Below, piece after piece: positions 1-12,887 of a stretch of 64,000 nt of DNA (positions are counted from its first letter, which is position 1; the number at the start of each line of letters is the position of its first letter). Both the position numbers and the translations under genes were made by a program. Location: contig CBFFRQ010000079.1 of NCBI GenBank assembly GCA_965644315.1, forward strand, positions 124,001-188,000, given 5' to 3'. The DNA is from Caecitellus pseudoparvulus. Its lineage: Eukaryota; Protista; Bigyra: Bicosoecida. The notes beneath the pieces were generated by a model. The model was not told the DNA's origin, searched no databases, and saw nothing but the letters and a program-made list of their open reading frames with translations.

Positions 1-65
1 GGCAGCTGGGTGCCCTCGCTACGCACTGGCTCGCGCCCCGCCAACCGCTCCGCAGACTTGCTCAT
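1..65 (-). CDS. possible 5' end of a gene running off the left edge (MSKSAERLAGREPVRSEGTQL...)
   Basis: ATG at 65 on the minus strand, open to the window edge, divergent from the next gene; no recognisable motif. Confidence 0.25.
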   Translation of the reverse strand, partial: MSKSAERLAGREPVRSEGTQL

Positions 66-365
66 GGGATAGGTGGTTGCTTCTCCACCGCAGCAAGCTT
101 TTGAAAGGAGTGCGGCCCGCTGCCCTGTAGCGCACCGTGAGGAGCCCTGCCTCCCTGGTTTGAGAGGAGCCCCCGTTGCAGCCGCTCAGGGGGGAATCCC
201 CCGGCACAAAGGCACTGTAAACCCCAATTCATTGACGCTCACGCCACTTACTCCACTACATGTCCCCGTTTATCTTGGCGAACCGCTGGTGGGCGTGCTG
301 TGAGAGGCTCCTTTCGGCGCGCAGGCTCGGCAGTGGGTGCAGGGCTGAGCTGCGCCACGCTTTTC

Positions 366-1028
366 ATGAGCAACTGGCTCTCAGTGCCTTCCCTCTCATT
401 GCGGCGATCAGCGGGCGACCACGGGTACTCCAGGGTGCGCACAGATAGCTTTGACAGCAAGAGCGGGGACATAATGGCTTCTCGCGACGCAAGCCTTGGC
501 ATCGGCTCGCCCTCCACGGAGGCCAGCAGCGTCATCGACGACACCTTGCTGGACAACGAAGAGCTGCGGAGCCTGTTGGGAGTGAAGCCGTCCAAACCAG
601 AGGAGCTCCCTGGTCCCCACATGTGCGCCATGTGCTGCACTCTGTTCAGCCTCTTCGGGGCTGGCTTCTTGGTAGGTGCAGTGCGGAAGTTGGTGGCTGG
701 CGCATTGCTCTGCACCACGCCCGCTCCGCGGCCTGCGCAGTTCTTGATTTACGGCATGCTTGTGAATGAGTACGAGTACTTGGAAATTTCAGGAGACCGC
801 GAAGAGGCGGCCTCCGGCACGCTAGGAGCGGCCATCTGCTACATCGTCACGGCCGGCATCAGCATCGGGTTCTGGGTCAAGGGGTGCCTGGCTCGCAACG
901 CTGCGCTGGCACGCCAGCGAGGCGTGGACGAGGGAGACGCCGGGTCCATCGCCTTCCTCTCACACAGTGGCCTTGCCCATGCTCGCTACGGCTCCCATGC
1001 TGGGCTGGGCACGTCCGAGGGCTTGTGA
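366..1028 (+). CDS. two-TM membrane protein, RNase kappa / V-ATPase V0 subunit f-like, with N-terminal extension
   Basis: Removing the in-frame intron 672-740 (gtaggt...gcag) gives GPHMCAMCCTLFSLFGAGFLFLIYGMLVNEYEYLEI...AASGTLGAAICYIVTAGISIGFW. This matches the RNASEK pattern (GP-x-C-x-x-CC, TM1, short loop, AA..Y in TM2). Confidence 0.55.
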   Translation: MSNWLSVPSLSLRRSAGDHGYSRVRTDSFDSKSGDIMASRDASLGIGSPSTEASSVIDDTLLDNEELRSLLGVKPSKPEELPGPHMCAMCCTLFSLFGAGFLVGAVRKLVAGALLCTTPAPRPAQFLIYGMLVNEYEYLEISGDREEAASGTLGAAICYIVTAGISIGFWVKGCLARNAALARQRGVDEGDAGSIAFLSHSGLAHARYGSHAGLGTSEGL

Positions 1029-1041
1029 ATGCATTGCAGCG

Positions 1042-3364
1042 TTACATGTGTGCGTCGTCCGCGCTCACGTGCGCCAAGTACCGCTTCAGCAGGCTGCTGG
1101 TGCTGGGGTTGAAAGCAGCGCCCTCCAGGACGGCCGTCTCTGCACCTTGGCGGTGGCGGGCAGCCTGCAGGGTGGTGCGCACCTCCTTGGCCAACACCTT
1201 GCCCAGCTCCACGCCCCACTGGTCAAAGGACGCCACGCCCCACACAAAGCCCTGCACGGCCGTGCGGTGCTCATACAGCGCCAGCAGCTGCCCCACTGTG
1301 TATGCATCCAGGCGGTTGAAGAGCAGGGACGTGCTGGGGCGGTTGCCGTCGAAGGTCTTGTGGGGGATGAGCGCAGGCGGTGTGCCTGCCTCCGCCAGCT
1401 CCTTGGCGCTGCGGCCCACGGCCAGCGCATCTGGCTGGGCGAAGAAGTTGCTCATGAGCTCATCGTGGTTGGACACTGCCTCTCCGTCCCCCTGGATGGG
1501 CGCCTGGCTCTCTGCGAAGCCGATGAAGTCTGCCGGCACCACGCGGCCCTGGTGGATGAGCTGGTAAAAGGAGTGCTGGCCGTTGGTGCCTGGTTCGCCG
1601 AAGTTCACTTCACCTGCCGGGAAAGGCAGCACACTGCGAAGGGGGCAGGCGTGTGGATGGTGCCGGTGCCGGGCGGGTGTGGACTGGGCAGTTTCACCGC
1701 CTCGTGGTCACTCACGTGCCGTCCACAGTCACGCGCTTGCCGTTGCTCTCCATGTCCACTTGCTGAATGTGGGCCGCGAAACGCAGCAGGGCCTGGCTGT
1801 ACGGCAACAGCGCGCGCGAGGCATGGCCCAGCACGGAGCTGTTCCAGATGCCCAAGAGGCCCAGCACCACAGGCAAGTTGCGCTCCAGGGGAGTGTGCAG
1901 GAAGTGCTCGTCCATCTCCCGGGCTCCAGCCAAGAACTTGTTCACAGTCTCCATGCCATACTGCAGCGCGAGAGGCAGCACGCCGACAGCTGAGCAGACG
2001 CTGTACCGCCCTCCAACCCAGTCCCAGAACCCGAAGATGTTGGCCTTGGCGATGCCAAAGGCCTCTGCCTCTGTGGAGGTGCGGCGAGGGAGACAGCGGC
2101 ACGTGCCAGTGTGCGACGTCAAGCACGGCACAGCAGGCAGCACTCACTGTCCACTGCCGCAGACACGGCGACGACGTGCTTGGACACAACCTCAGCTTCG
2201 CTGACGTCAGCGCTGGCAAGGGAAGACACGAGCCAGCTTCGCAGAGTACGGGCGTTGAGCATGGTCTCTGCCGTGGTGAAGGTCTTGGACACCACCACCA
2301 CCAGTGTCGTGGCGGGGTCCAGGCCCTCCAGCGCACGGGCCACATCCACTGGGTCCACATTCGCCAGGAAGCGCAGGGACCGCCCAGCAGCTGCCGCAGC
2401 TGCAGAGGACTCTGCGTGTGCGGAGGCGGTGGAGCGGTGAATGAGGGGTGGCCCAGCGCCACGTCGTCGAGGTGGCGCCACTCACCGCACCGCAGAGCCT
2501 CGTGCACAAACTCAGGCCCCAGGTAGCTGCCGCCAATGCCGATGGAGACGACGTGCGTGAGGGCCTTGCCTGTCGCGCCCTGTGCACCAGAGGTGGCGCG
2601 CTGTGCGTGACGTGGCACGCCACAGCACGAGCGAGCCGCCGTACCTTCCAGCTGCCCTGCCGCACAGTGCGGGAGAAGGCGTCGATGCGGCTCAGGACTT
2701 CATGTACGTCTGGCACGACATTGGAGCCGTCCACGACGAACGCCTGCGGATGGAGGGGGGGACCTGTGCAGCCTGCTGAGCTTGGAGTGAGCGTGCTGGT
2801 GCCAGCGTACCTGCTCGGGCGCCGCTCGCAGAGCCATGTGCATGACTGCACGGTCCTCTGTGACGTTGATGTGCTCTCCGGCGGCCATGGCAGCCTGCGC
2901 ATGCGGCGCCAGGCAAGACACGTGCACGAAGGTGCCTTTTAGGGGCCAGTAGGAGCAGCTTGCCGCACGATTTTCTCCTCTAGCTTGGCAGCGCGGGCAA
3001 CCTTGAACAGGCGTGTCTGCACCAGGGCGGGCGACCTCGTGATGCGGCGTCAGCGAGAGGCAGCAGAGCACGTCACACACCATGGACTCAACCCCCACAC
3101 GCTGGCGGGAGTAGTCCATGAAGAGACCCTTGGTTTCCAGCGCCAACGCCGCACAGCGGTCCTCATCCTGTGCGAGATACGCAACGCCCGTGAAACGCAG
3201 GCTTCCCACAGAAAGCCTTGCTGCTAGCCTCAACCCACCTGCATGAGGTCTCTGAGGTGCGTCTCCTTCATGGCTGACTCGTAATGGGCATGGAGGTCGG
3301 TCCATTCCGGGGTCTCCCAGATCTTGACGCTGAAAATGTCAGCTGATCCGGTGGCAGCTGCCAT
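1042..3364 (-). CDS. GPI: glucose-6-phosphate isomerase (cytosolic type), multi-exon
   Basis: Motifs [101 protein letters not shown]; start [11 protein letters not shown] at 3364. Confidence 0.97.
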
Positions 3365-3568
3365 GGTGATGCTGAGGATGATGCAGCGAGGGTGTCAACG
3401 GCACCTGCAACAAGGCACAGTGAAGGTCAGTGGACGCATAGCACTGGTGGGGGCACTATTTTTTCTCCCCATCACCAGTTGCATCGCCCTTGTGCGCACT
3501 TTCATTGTCGTCCAACTGTGCCTGTCGCAGCAGGAGTTGTCTGCCTCAACCATCCCACCACGCCAAAC

Positions 3569-6167
3569 ATGGCTGCTGCCAGGGGTGAAGGCAAAGAGCA
3601 GGGCGTTTCCCGCGAAGAGGCCCTGGGGATTTTTTCGCTGTTCGATGCAGATGGATCCGGGACGATCGACCACTCCGAGCTGCGCGAGCTGGCCTTTGCG
3701 ATGGGCGTCACGTTGGGCCAGGACAAGGTGCGATGAGCACGCAGCCGATCCCACGTGGCACGGCTCGCCGCGCGTTGGTGGCGCCCTGCACACTGTGGCA
3801 GTACCTCAAGGCACTCAAGACTCACATGGCATTCCACCCATCCTTGTTTTGCAGCTCGAGGAGGCCTTCGCTGTCCTGGACACGGACAGTGCGTGCCTGC
3901 CCGCCGCCCGAGCCAAGTTGTAGTGGTTGAGGCTCACCCACGTTCGCTGCCCTCGCAGAGAGCGGGGCGATTGACTTCGAGGAGTTTTACGCCTGGATCA
4001 CCACAAGTGCTGAAGGGGAAGATGCCTCCACCATGCTGCAGTTGGAGATGCAGGCTCGGTGCGTCGCCTGACTGCCTTGCAGTGCTGTCCCCTGCGCCGA
4101 CACTGGCGCCTGACACGCCGGCCTATCCACAGACTTGCCGGGCGGGCGGCGCTCTCCATTGCGCGGAGCGTCATGGACCAACCATCTGGCGGAAAGGCCA
4201 GCACTATCAAGCTGGCCGTAGCTGCGGACTCTGGACCCGCACCTGCCGGCGCAGCGGAAGGGCTTGGTGCCAAGGTCAGCATCGTGCACGGCTCTGACGG
4301 TCTGGCGGCTCTGGAGGCTCGAGACGACGAGCCAGCTGCAGTGGCACTCATCCTGAACCTGGTGCAGGGCACTGACATGGATGTGGCGCTGGACTGGGTC
4401 ACCAACATGAACGGGCTTCTGGACTCGCTCATGGCAACCCACGCGCCACCGCAGGCCAAGGACGTCTTGTCCCGGGTCGCTGTGTCCGTGCGCCAGAGCA
4501 GCCCCGGCGGGCCGCCTCAGCTCGTGTTCGGAGCATATCTGCGCACAGACCCCGTGGCGATGGCACTGGAACAAGCACAAGCCAGTGGCTCTGCTCCTCC
4601 TGGGGCCCAGGAGCTCGCCGACATCTTTGGCGAGCACGGGCTGGAAATGCTGAGCCGGTTCTGCGTCGAGGCGAACCTGGGCACATCTGCGGCAGCGGGG
4701 CTGGGCATTGAGGAGAGCCCCGTCGAGCACGGCGGCATGCACGCGGGCCTGTCGCTGGAGCTTTCCCGCAGCGCCCTCATGGGCGTGGCCAAGGCGCTGA
4801 CCGCCCTGTCCTCCGCTCTGCCGCCGCCCATGCGCAGGCTGCTGCCCATTCCCATGAGGGACATTGTCTCGGTCTTCAAGGCGGCGCTGGCCCTGCGCAA
4901 GGTGGATGTGGACTTCGACGTGCCACTGGACTTCACACAGCAGTTGTTCAAAATGTTGACGCGGCGTAGCACAGCGCTGCCACCAGGCATCGTCGGCAAG
5001 CTGTACGGCGAGTGGGAGACCAAGACCCGGTCGGCGGAGTACATGCAGAAGCGCTTCTGCAGCATGATGCCTGGCATGGCCTTCCACGCCATGATGGAGG
5101 AGGTGGCACACGAGCTGCCCCGCATGCTGCAAGGCGCACCCCGCGACAAGGTCGCGGCTTGCAGCTCGTTCCTGCAAGCCCTCTTCAGCCCTCAGGTGGG
5201 GCTCTTCCCCTCTGCTTCCTGCCTTGAACAGGACATCGGCGTCGAGCGGCTGGCAGTGCCGCCGCCGGCCATGGACACCAGCGCCCTGCAGTGGACGGCC
5301 TGGCACGCAATGTGGCTGCTGCGCCATGTGGACACTGTGGAGGGCATCCACGCCAGTGTGCAGGGGACCACACTCTCTGTGGCGCTGCCCGGCATCGCCC
5401 TTGGCACCTTGCGCGACGCCTGCACTGCCGGCGCGCGCCGGGCGCTTGTGCGCGGGCGGCGACTGGAGGGCGAGAAGGAGGACATGGTGCAGCGGGAGGT
5501 CATTGTGGCTGGCAGCCATTGGACCCTGCTGTCCCAGCTGGCGCCGGCGTGCATTGCGCTGAACCGGTACCCTTTCGCGCCAGGCCTCGGCCAGACCACC
5601 CGAGTCCAGGCTGTGCCTGGCATGCTGCGCAGCCTCGGGTCCCCCAAGGAACTCACGGGCTTCGCGTCCACTGAGCTGCCCGCTGCTGAACTGCAAGGCG
5701 CAGCGCTCGCTGAGCTGCAGGCGCTGGCACAAGGTGGCCAAGCGTGGAGGCAAGTCTTTGGTGTGGCCTTGATCGTCGACGTGACGAGTACCGAGAGCGT
5801 TGCCGACACAGCGGCCCAGGTGGAAGCGTTGCGTGGCGCCGACCCCACCCATGCGCAGCCTGTGGTCGTCTTGGCAGACATCTCGGGCGCCAAGGCTTGG
5901 GATGCCCACCTGCAGCGTGACTTCGTCACCCTGCAAAATGTCCACGACGCGTCCATGGAGCACATGCCCTCAAAAGAAGAGCTCCTGGCGGACTTGGGCC
6001 TCGCAGCGGGCGGCCCTATTGCCAGCGCGCAGGTCGTGTTCGTGAATGGCCTGCATGGGCTCAACATCACGCACGCCTTCTCGCAGCTGGGCATCGCCGG
6101 CATGGCGCAAGCAGAGGAGACAGATGAAGGGTGGCAGGACATCATGGAGGAGATGTGTCGTGCGTGA
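3569..6167 (+). CDS. EF-hand pair protein with C-terminal degenerate Arf/Ras-like fold
   Basis: EF loops DADGSGTIDHSE and DTDKSGAIDFEE assembled across introns 3728-3854, 3889-3958 and 4059-4132; C-terminal region with Arf-like secondary-structure motifs. Confidence 0.75.
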
Positions 6168-6243
6168 GCAAGCGGTGCTGAAATGCATTGAGTCGTGCAG
6201 GCCTGGCGCCCCGAGCCGGAGCAAGCCTCAGCCCAGCGCGTCA

Positions 6244-9200
6244 TCACTTGCGCCGCCTCCCCGTGGGTGCGACAAGGGTTACATGTGCGCCGTCCGGAGG
6301 CTGCAGCCAGGTCACCCCCCCGTCCATGGACACTTCTGGGCGCACCGGTCCCACAGGCGCCAGTGGTTCGAGGTGCTGGGCCGCGTCACCCCCTGCCTCC
6401 TCTGAAACGATGGGCACAGTGGCGGATACGGTGACAGTGGACAGTAGCTCCGTCTGCTCTGCTGGCACCCCATCTTCGCTCATGACGGGAGGGGGCAGTG
6501 CAACGCTGCCTTTCAGCAGCAACACTGTGGGGGCGGCCCCCTCGCCGGCGTCCGGGTGGGCGGTGGCTCCTTCTTTGGGGACGAGGCGAATGGCCCAGCG
6601 CATGCCCTCCAAAAGGCGGGTGAGGTTGTGCGGCAGTTCTGGAAAGGGCGCCTCTTGCACGGGCAGTTTGTAGTGGGGGTGCACGGGGGTTCCCTCTGGC
6701 AGGTCCTGCCCGGCCTCCACGTCTGGCATAAGGGGCAGCTGGAGCGGCAGCAGGCTGAACCACCCGCCCAACGTGACAGTGACGGCCTCTCCATGCGGCA
6801 CCTTTCCCTTCTTACCCCCCCCCACGCCCGTGACGGAGATGGCATCAGCCAGGTGTGCCACGAGGAAGGCTGCAGAGGCTGGCTGCTCCTCACCCTCCTC
6901 AGCATCATCAGACACGCCGACTGCCTCCCCAGCCTTGCCTTCACCTGCGCCAGGGGTGCCATCAGCACTCTTGCCATCTGAATCCGTGGTGGGTGCCTCT
7001 TCCTGCAACCCTGTCGCATCCTCCACTTCGCCGCTGGCGGCGGGTGGGGCCAGCAGCTCATGAATGATTTCCACGGGCACGCCAGCAACCGCAGCGGACA
7101 GGGGCAGCAGGCGGGGCACACGGGGTGCAGGCGGCGTCTCGGGCACGCTGTCCTTTCGCCCGCTGCGCTTCTTGCTGCTCCCCCGTGGGCTCTCCCCGCC
7201 ACTCGCACTGCCAGCGGTCCCCACCCGTGGCACAACCAGCTCAGGCACTGACGTCAGCGCAGCAAGGGGGGGCAGGGTGATGAGGAGGGAGCCTGGGATG
7301 GCATTCAGCAGGGGCGCGCCAAGGCTGGCTGCCCCTGCGAAAGGCACGACGCGTGTTGATAGCGTGGTGGGGGAGGCATCCCCCCCCACGTCTGTCGCCA
7401 GCACCTGCAGAGACGTGGCATCCCACGCTGCGACGGCGTCCACGATGTGCGACACGTTCGCCCACAGGCCGAGCGGGGGACAGACAGTCGTGAAGGGGCC
7501 CGCCGAGGATGGGGCCAGCGCTGGGAGCAGAGCAGGGGTAGGCGGCCCGAACTTGGGGCAGGCGATGGCAAAGGTGACCACATGCCCATCTGCCTGCGCC
7601 CCTGTGGTAAGCGGAGCGCCTTCTGCGAGGGACAGCGCCACCTCGACATCCAGCGCCATGCGGCCCTCTGCCACGGCTGAAATGGAGAGGGGCTCACTGT
7701 CGCCAGCTCTCCCCGCTTCGCCCTGCTCCGCGTGCTGTGCTGCTTTGCTCAGCAACGCTCCCAGGGTGCTGGGCGACATCGAGAAGGAGACTGTGTTTCC
7801 TGACAGCACTGAAGCTGGGACCATGATGGGGTCAGGGACAGACACGGGCTCCTGGGCAGCTCCATTCCCGCCCGTGGCCCTCCACACAGCTGTGGGACGC
7901 AGGCCCACCTGAGCCGTGGCAGATGAGGCAAAGCCAGCGCCCCTCAGGTACACCACGACAGACTCCGGGAAGGAGGGGGCGAGAGGCACGACACCAGGCT
8001 CGCACCGGTCCAGGCACGGCGCAGCAGCGATGGCAGTGTGCGCTGCGGTGAAGAACGCGAAGCCGCCATTGGGACTGACCTCCGCGGCCAGTTCCAGGCC
8101 ACCCCCTGAGGCAGTCTTGATCTCGGCCTCCCGCCACGCCTCGTGCGCGCCATGGTACGTGTCCCAGGCAGCGCCTGCCTGGAGGGTTGCAGCTGCTTCG
8201 GTCGGGTCCATCTGCGCCTCTTCATCAGCACCAGCTGCTGTGACCTCCAGCGTGCCAGTTGCATCTTCCAGCGCGTCAGAAGGCGGAGGGCTTGCCGTGA
8301 CGGCACGTGCTGCAGCAAGCGCCTCAGGGGAGGGCGCTGGCACGAGGGGCGGCAAGGGGCGTCGCGGGGGTGGGCGAGGCAGCGCCTCCGGTGGAATCTT
8401 CACAGGCGGCACTCTCGCCCAGACCTTGGCTGAAAAGTGCCCTTGCAGTCTGTCCGCCGTCTCGTCATCGGAGCCTTCTTCGTCCAGGTCCACTCCTGTC
8501 TCGGCAGCCAGCTGCTCGGAGTAGTGGCCGGTATACCAAGCCGGCACAGTGGGCGTCGTGGCCACAGTGGACCCTGCATACAGGACTCGGAAGCGGGCCA
8601 CAGGGATGTGGGAAGTGGCAGGGGGTGGGTCCCCTGTGGCCTCACCTGGCGGACCACGTGGGGGGGGGCCTTCGCGAGGGGATGACGCCTCCGCTGCATG
8701 AGATGGGTGGGCTTGTGTGGGGCGGCCTTCGTGGGCAAAGGCCGTCGTATCCAAGACCAGGGGGGAGAATGGCAGCGGTACCGCAGCTCCTGCCTGCTCA
8801 ACGTCAGCCATCTCTGCTGCTTCCCGAGCTTCATTCTGCGCATGCACTTGGCGCAGCAAGGCCTGAGCCTCAGCCCGAGCTAAGGGGTCACTGAGCATGG
8901 CCCCGAACACACCTCTCCCAGACACAGACACAAGTGGGCCTTGCGGGACGTCAAAGAGTCGGGGGGGGGGCACAGGCCCATCACCGACGAGGGACACTTG
9001 CACGACGCTGGGCTGCAGGGAAGCCAGTTGGGGGGTGGCAAAGTACGAGAAGGGAGCTGATCCACGCACAGCGACCCAGGAGGGAGGGGGCACCTCCCCG
9101 GCCTCTTGGCTGTCAGGATCCACCTCCCCGGCGTCAATTGCAGCCTGAAGCTCCGCGGCCCACACGGGAGCAGGGCAGCGCACGACGATGTCGACTCGCA

Positions 9201-12200
9201 TTTCTGTGGCAGCCGGCACGGGGGGCGCCAATGCCAGCACTTCGTCCACATCTGGCGCACTGAGGGCGTACGCGTCATACGCCCTGCCCAGCAGGGCCGC
9301 CCGCATGGACTCTCCAAAATCTGGCGCCGATCTCACGGCAATGTCTCGCACTGACTCGGTGCCTTCCACCGTGGCTGCAGCTGCCGCAGAGGAGGCAGTT
9401 CGGTCTTGAGCAGCGGCAGCAGCAGCTGCAGCCACGGCAGCTGCTGAGGAAAGGGGAGTGTCCTCCAGCACAGACGAGGCGAGCAGGGCTGCCACGCCAG
9501 GCGGGGCGTCCTGCTGCGGGTCAGGCACTGCATCCATGGCAGGCTGCGCGGCAGCCAAACCCTCGTCACTCCCCCAAGAGGCCTCGCTGCCCAGCACAGC
9601 ACCCCTCAAGCCGTCCACGAGCGGCACAGCGAAGAAAGCAGGGGTGTACACGACGCCAGGCGCATCACCACTGCCATCTGCAGGGACTTCGCGCGCAGCT
9701 TGCCCCCTGCCGCCCCCCAGCGCCCCTGAAAAGGCCATGGCATCCGCCTCCGCCTCTGGGGCGCTCCCGGCGCTGCCAATGGGCGTGAAGCGCACCATGA
9801 CGTCTGGGATGGGGATCAGCGTGGACACTGCTCGGGGGCTGGGCGCAGCGCCCGTGGCACCGGCGGCATCTTCGATGTCCCCATCTACTCCCAAGTCATC
9901 CCACGTGGCCACGTGGGCCTCGTCGTCGTCTGGCATCCCCCCTGGGGAAGTGGCACTGGAAGGAGAGCCGCTGTGGTCCTGCAGGGGGGCAGGCGGTTTG
10001 CCCACGGCGTACCTGCCGCCTTCCTCCAGAAAGTACCACTCCTCCCGAGGTACCTTCTCGGCAGCGTTTGCAGGAGAGATTCCGTGCCGAGCAGAAGCGA
10101 TGGCGACAATGGCAGCGAGGCCAGGCCCACGTAGGGTGAGCACAGTGCCGCCAGACGTTGCACCCGACCGAGGCGTGGCCTGCCGCAGAGTGGAGGGCGT
10201 GAAGAGGACCGTGTCTTGGTGCCCACACGCGACAGCAGTCACCAGGCGGTGTGCCAGAGCGGGGTGCTGCAGGCGTGTTGGGCGAACGATGACGGCATCT
10301 GCGTTTGTTTCCAGGGGATTCTTCGCACCACCTGCATCTGCCAGAGCAGCGGCGACAGCTGCAACATCACGGGCGTTGTTCAATGGGCCAGGCCGGAAGT
10401 GGCTAGACTGAGCTTTCGCGCCGGCAGAAGTAGAGGAGGCTGAGCGGCCCTGGCTGACCGTGTCTGGAAGCCCCGGGCCACCCGCCATGGGGCCCGTGCC
10501 CACGCCGATGCTGGAGACGATGGAGTGGTTAAGCGCAGTGGCAGTGTGCACTCTAGCAGAGGCGGCTGATGGGTCCAAGCCAGTGGCCAGCACAGCCGCA
10601 GTGCTGTGGCGCCGAGTCAGAGAGGAGCCAGGTTCCCGGCGAGCGGGGCAGGCAGCACTGCCCTCCTTGCCCTCCACCACGGCTCGGCTCGTCAGCTCTG
10701 CCCGCAGGCGGTTCTCGGCCTTGAAGCGCGAGAGCGCTGACAAAGGAGCAGCGGGCGTCGGCAACAGAGGTGGCGCCGCCAGCCCTACATTCTGCGGCAC
10801 CCTACCGTACGCCTTGCCAGCGCGAGAGCTGATGTGCCTGCCCGGCAGCGTGCGTGGCATGACATCTGCAGCCTTCACACCTGCCGCGGGGTGGTGGTGG
10901 CCAGTCTCCATCGCCGCCAGCATGTCCACCATGACTCCCTGCGCATGAGCACCACGAGGCGCGTGTCTGCCCCCCCCCAGCGCAGTTCCACCTGCGGGCG
11001 GTGCAGTGGTGCTCGACTCTAGTCCATGCCAATCATCACTGCCAGCCATGGCTGCATCGAACGACCCATCGGGTGAAGGGGGCGAAGATGCTGCTGAAGA
11101 TCCAAGCCCCACCCCCTGTGAGGGTGCTGTCCTGCTCGAGCGCGCAGCGACACGGCCCGAGGCAGTGACTGCTTCAGGGCCGCGAGGGAGGGCTGAAGCA
11201 GGCAGCACATCCATGTCTGTTGAGCGGGGTGACACGTCGTCTGCCTCTCCGCCCCTGCCGCCCTCTTCAGAGGCAGGGAAAGCGTACAGGGTTCCCGCCA
11301 GCCCAGGGGACGCCGGGAAGGGGCGCAAGGGGGGCGCAGAGGCACCAGTGACACCCGCCCATGAAGGCGGCTTTAACACCGCCCCACTGGGGTCACAGCC
11401 TGTTTCTGCGACGCGAGCCTTGTCCACCTGAGCCAGGGCCAAGGCAGCCGGCTCATACAAGTGGCCGTGCCCCAGGCGGCCGCCACCCGTAGCACCCCAT
11501 GTGAAGACCTGCCCACTGCTGTTGATGGCCGCGCAGTGATGCGCACCAGCCGCAATGGACACTGCATGCATACCCCCTCCCTCCCCCTCTCCCTCGGGCG
11601 CCAGCACTTGGGTTGGGAAGAAGCGCGAGGCAATGTCCCCGACGCCCAGCTGTCCACGGGCGTTGAGTCCCCACGCCCACAGAGACCCATCCTGAGCGAG
11701 AGCCAAGGAGTGACCCCACCCAGCAGCCACATCTGCCATGGCCGGCAGCCGGCCAGCCTCTCTCCCGGTGCCTAACCGGGACACTCGAGCCGGCCGCCGC
11801 GCTCCCGAGACTCGCCCTACCCCCAGCTGCCCGGTCAAGCCTTCTCCCCACGCAAAGAGCTCTCCATTGCGAGTGACCGCGAGGGAGTGACGGGCGCCGG
11901 CGGCAATGCGAGCCACTGGGCTCGTCTCCAGCGCTGACACGAACTGTGGGCCCAAACTGGCTGCGGTGTTGCGACAGATGGCCTGGCCAGAGGGGGTTGC
12001 TGGCTCGGTGCCCAACTGCCCCTCCACACCTCGCCCCCAGGTGTATACACGCCCGTCTTCTGCGAGGGCCATGCAGTGCGCCTGCCCTGCCGCGACCTGT
12101 CGTACCATCATGGGCAGTAGGCGCTTGACGGGGGACGGCGTCGTGCGAGACTGCAGCGAAAGGCCCCCGAGCTGTCCTTGATCACCATCTCCCCACGTAA

Positions 12201-12637
12201 ACACTGCCCCATCCCGTGAAACGGCAATGCCATGGCTCTTTCCGAAACAAACCTGCACCCGGGCAGTGGGAGTTGCGGTAATTGCACAGGCTCCCACCAG
12301 CATCGCGTGGCGGCAGGCAGTGGTTCGGCACTCACCTGCTGGAAGTCCATCTCCCGAGCCACTTGACTAAGTTCACCCACCCCCTGCTGTGTCGTTGAAG
12401 CGGGAGAAAGCCATGTGGGTCAAGCTGTGGGCAGGCGCTGTGCGTGGCCGATCTGAGGTTGCAGGCTCGCACCTCTTCTTCGACAAGCCATTCCACGCCT
12501 TGCGTGTCCTTCAGTGCCACAGCTCCACGCTCAGAAGCTGCAATGCACGTGATAAATTCGCCAGCCACCTCGTTGTGCCTTGCGACGACGCCATTCGTCA
12601 ATGCACCCACAGACAGCACCTGCCCAACTGCGCTCAT
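6244..12637 (-). CDS. RCC1-repeat protein with IPT/TIG-like domains and long low-complexity inserts (~2000 aa)
   Basis: Repeats such as VFTWGDGDQGQLG, VAAGQAHCMAL, LFAWGEGLTGQLG, WGLNARGQLG; TPRSGATSGGTVLTLRGPGL is IPT-like; two short 5' introns lead to MSAVGQVLSVG at 12637. Confidence 0.85.
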
Positions 12638-12773
12638 GGTGTCTGGCTCGCCTGGCCAAGGAAAAAGCGCCTTCCCAGACAGCCTGCTGCTCACACGGCA
12701 GGGAAGGGCATGAGACTTGCCTGACGTGCACAGCCTCGGATCGATTGTGATTTGCGATGGGTCTCTGCTAAAC

Positions 12774-12779
12774 AAAAAA
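12774..12779 (-). terminator. Pol III oligo-T terminator of the tRNA gene
   Basis: TTTTTT a few nt 3' of the discriminator base. Confidence 0.8.
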
Positions 12780-12782
12780 GGA

Positions 12783-12853
12783 TACGACCACCGGGAATCG
12801 AACCCGGGGTTCCCGCTTGGGAAGCGGAAATTTTACCACTAAACCATGGTCGT
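12783..12853 (-). tRNA. tRNA-Gly(CCC)
   Basis: Cloverleaf: acceptor ACGACCA/TGGTCGT, D loop AGTGGT, anticodon arm TCCGC-TTCCCAA-GCGGG, T arm CCGGG-TTCGATT-CCCGG, discriminator A. Confidence 0.95.
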
Positions 12854-12881
12854 TGACCAGGTTTCTCATCCAAATTTTAAG

Positions 12882-12887
12882 TTTATA
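12882..12887 (-). promoter_or_regulatory. TATA-like element upstream of tRNA-Gly
   Basis: TATAAA about 29-34 nt upstream of the mature tRNA 5' end, in a locally AT-rich patch. Confidence 0.55.

Noticed and set aside
967-2526. 519 aa plus-strand ORF and similar long opposite-strand ORFs (3987-5963, 56971-58719)
   Set aside because: Antisense shadows of well-supported genes in high-GC DNA
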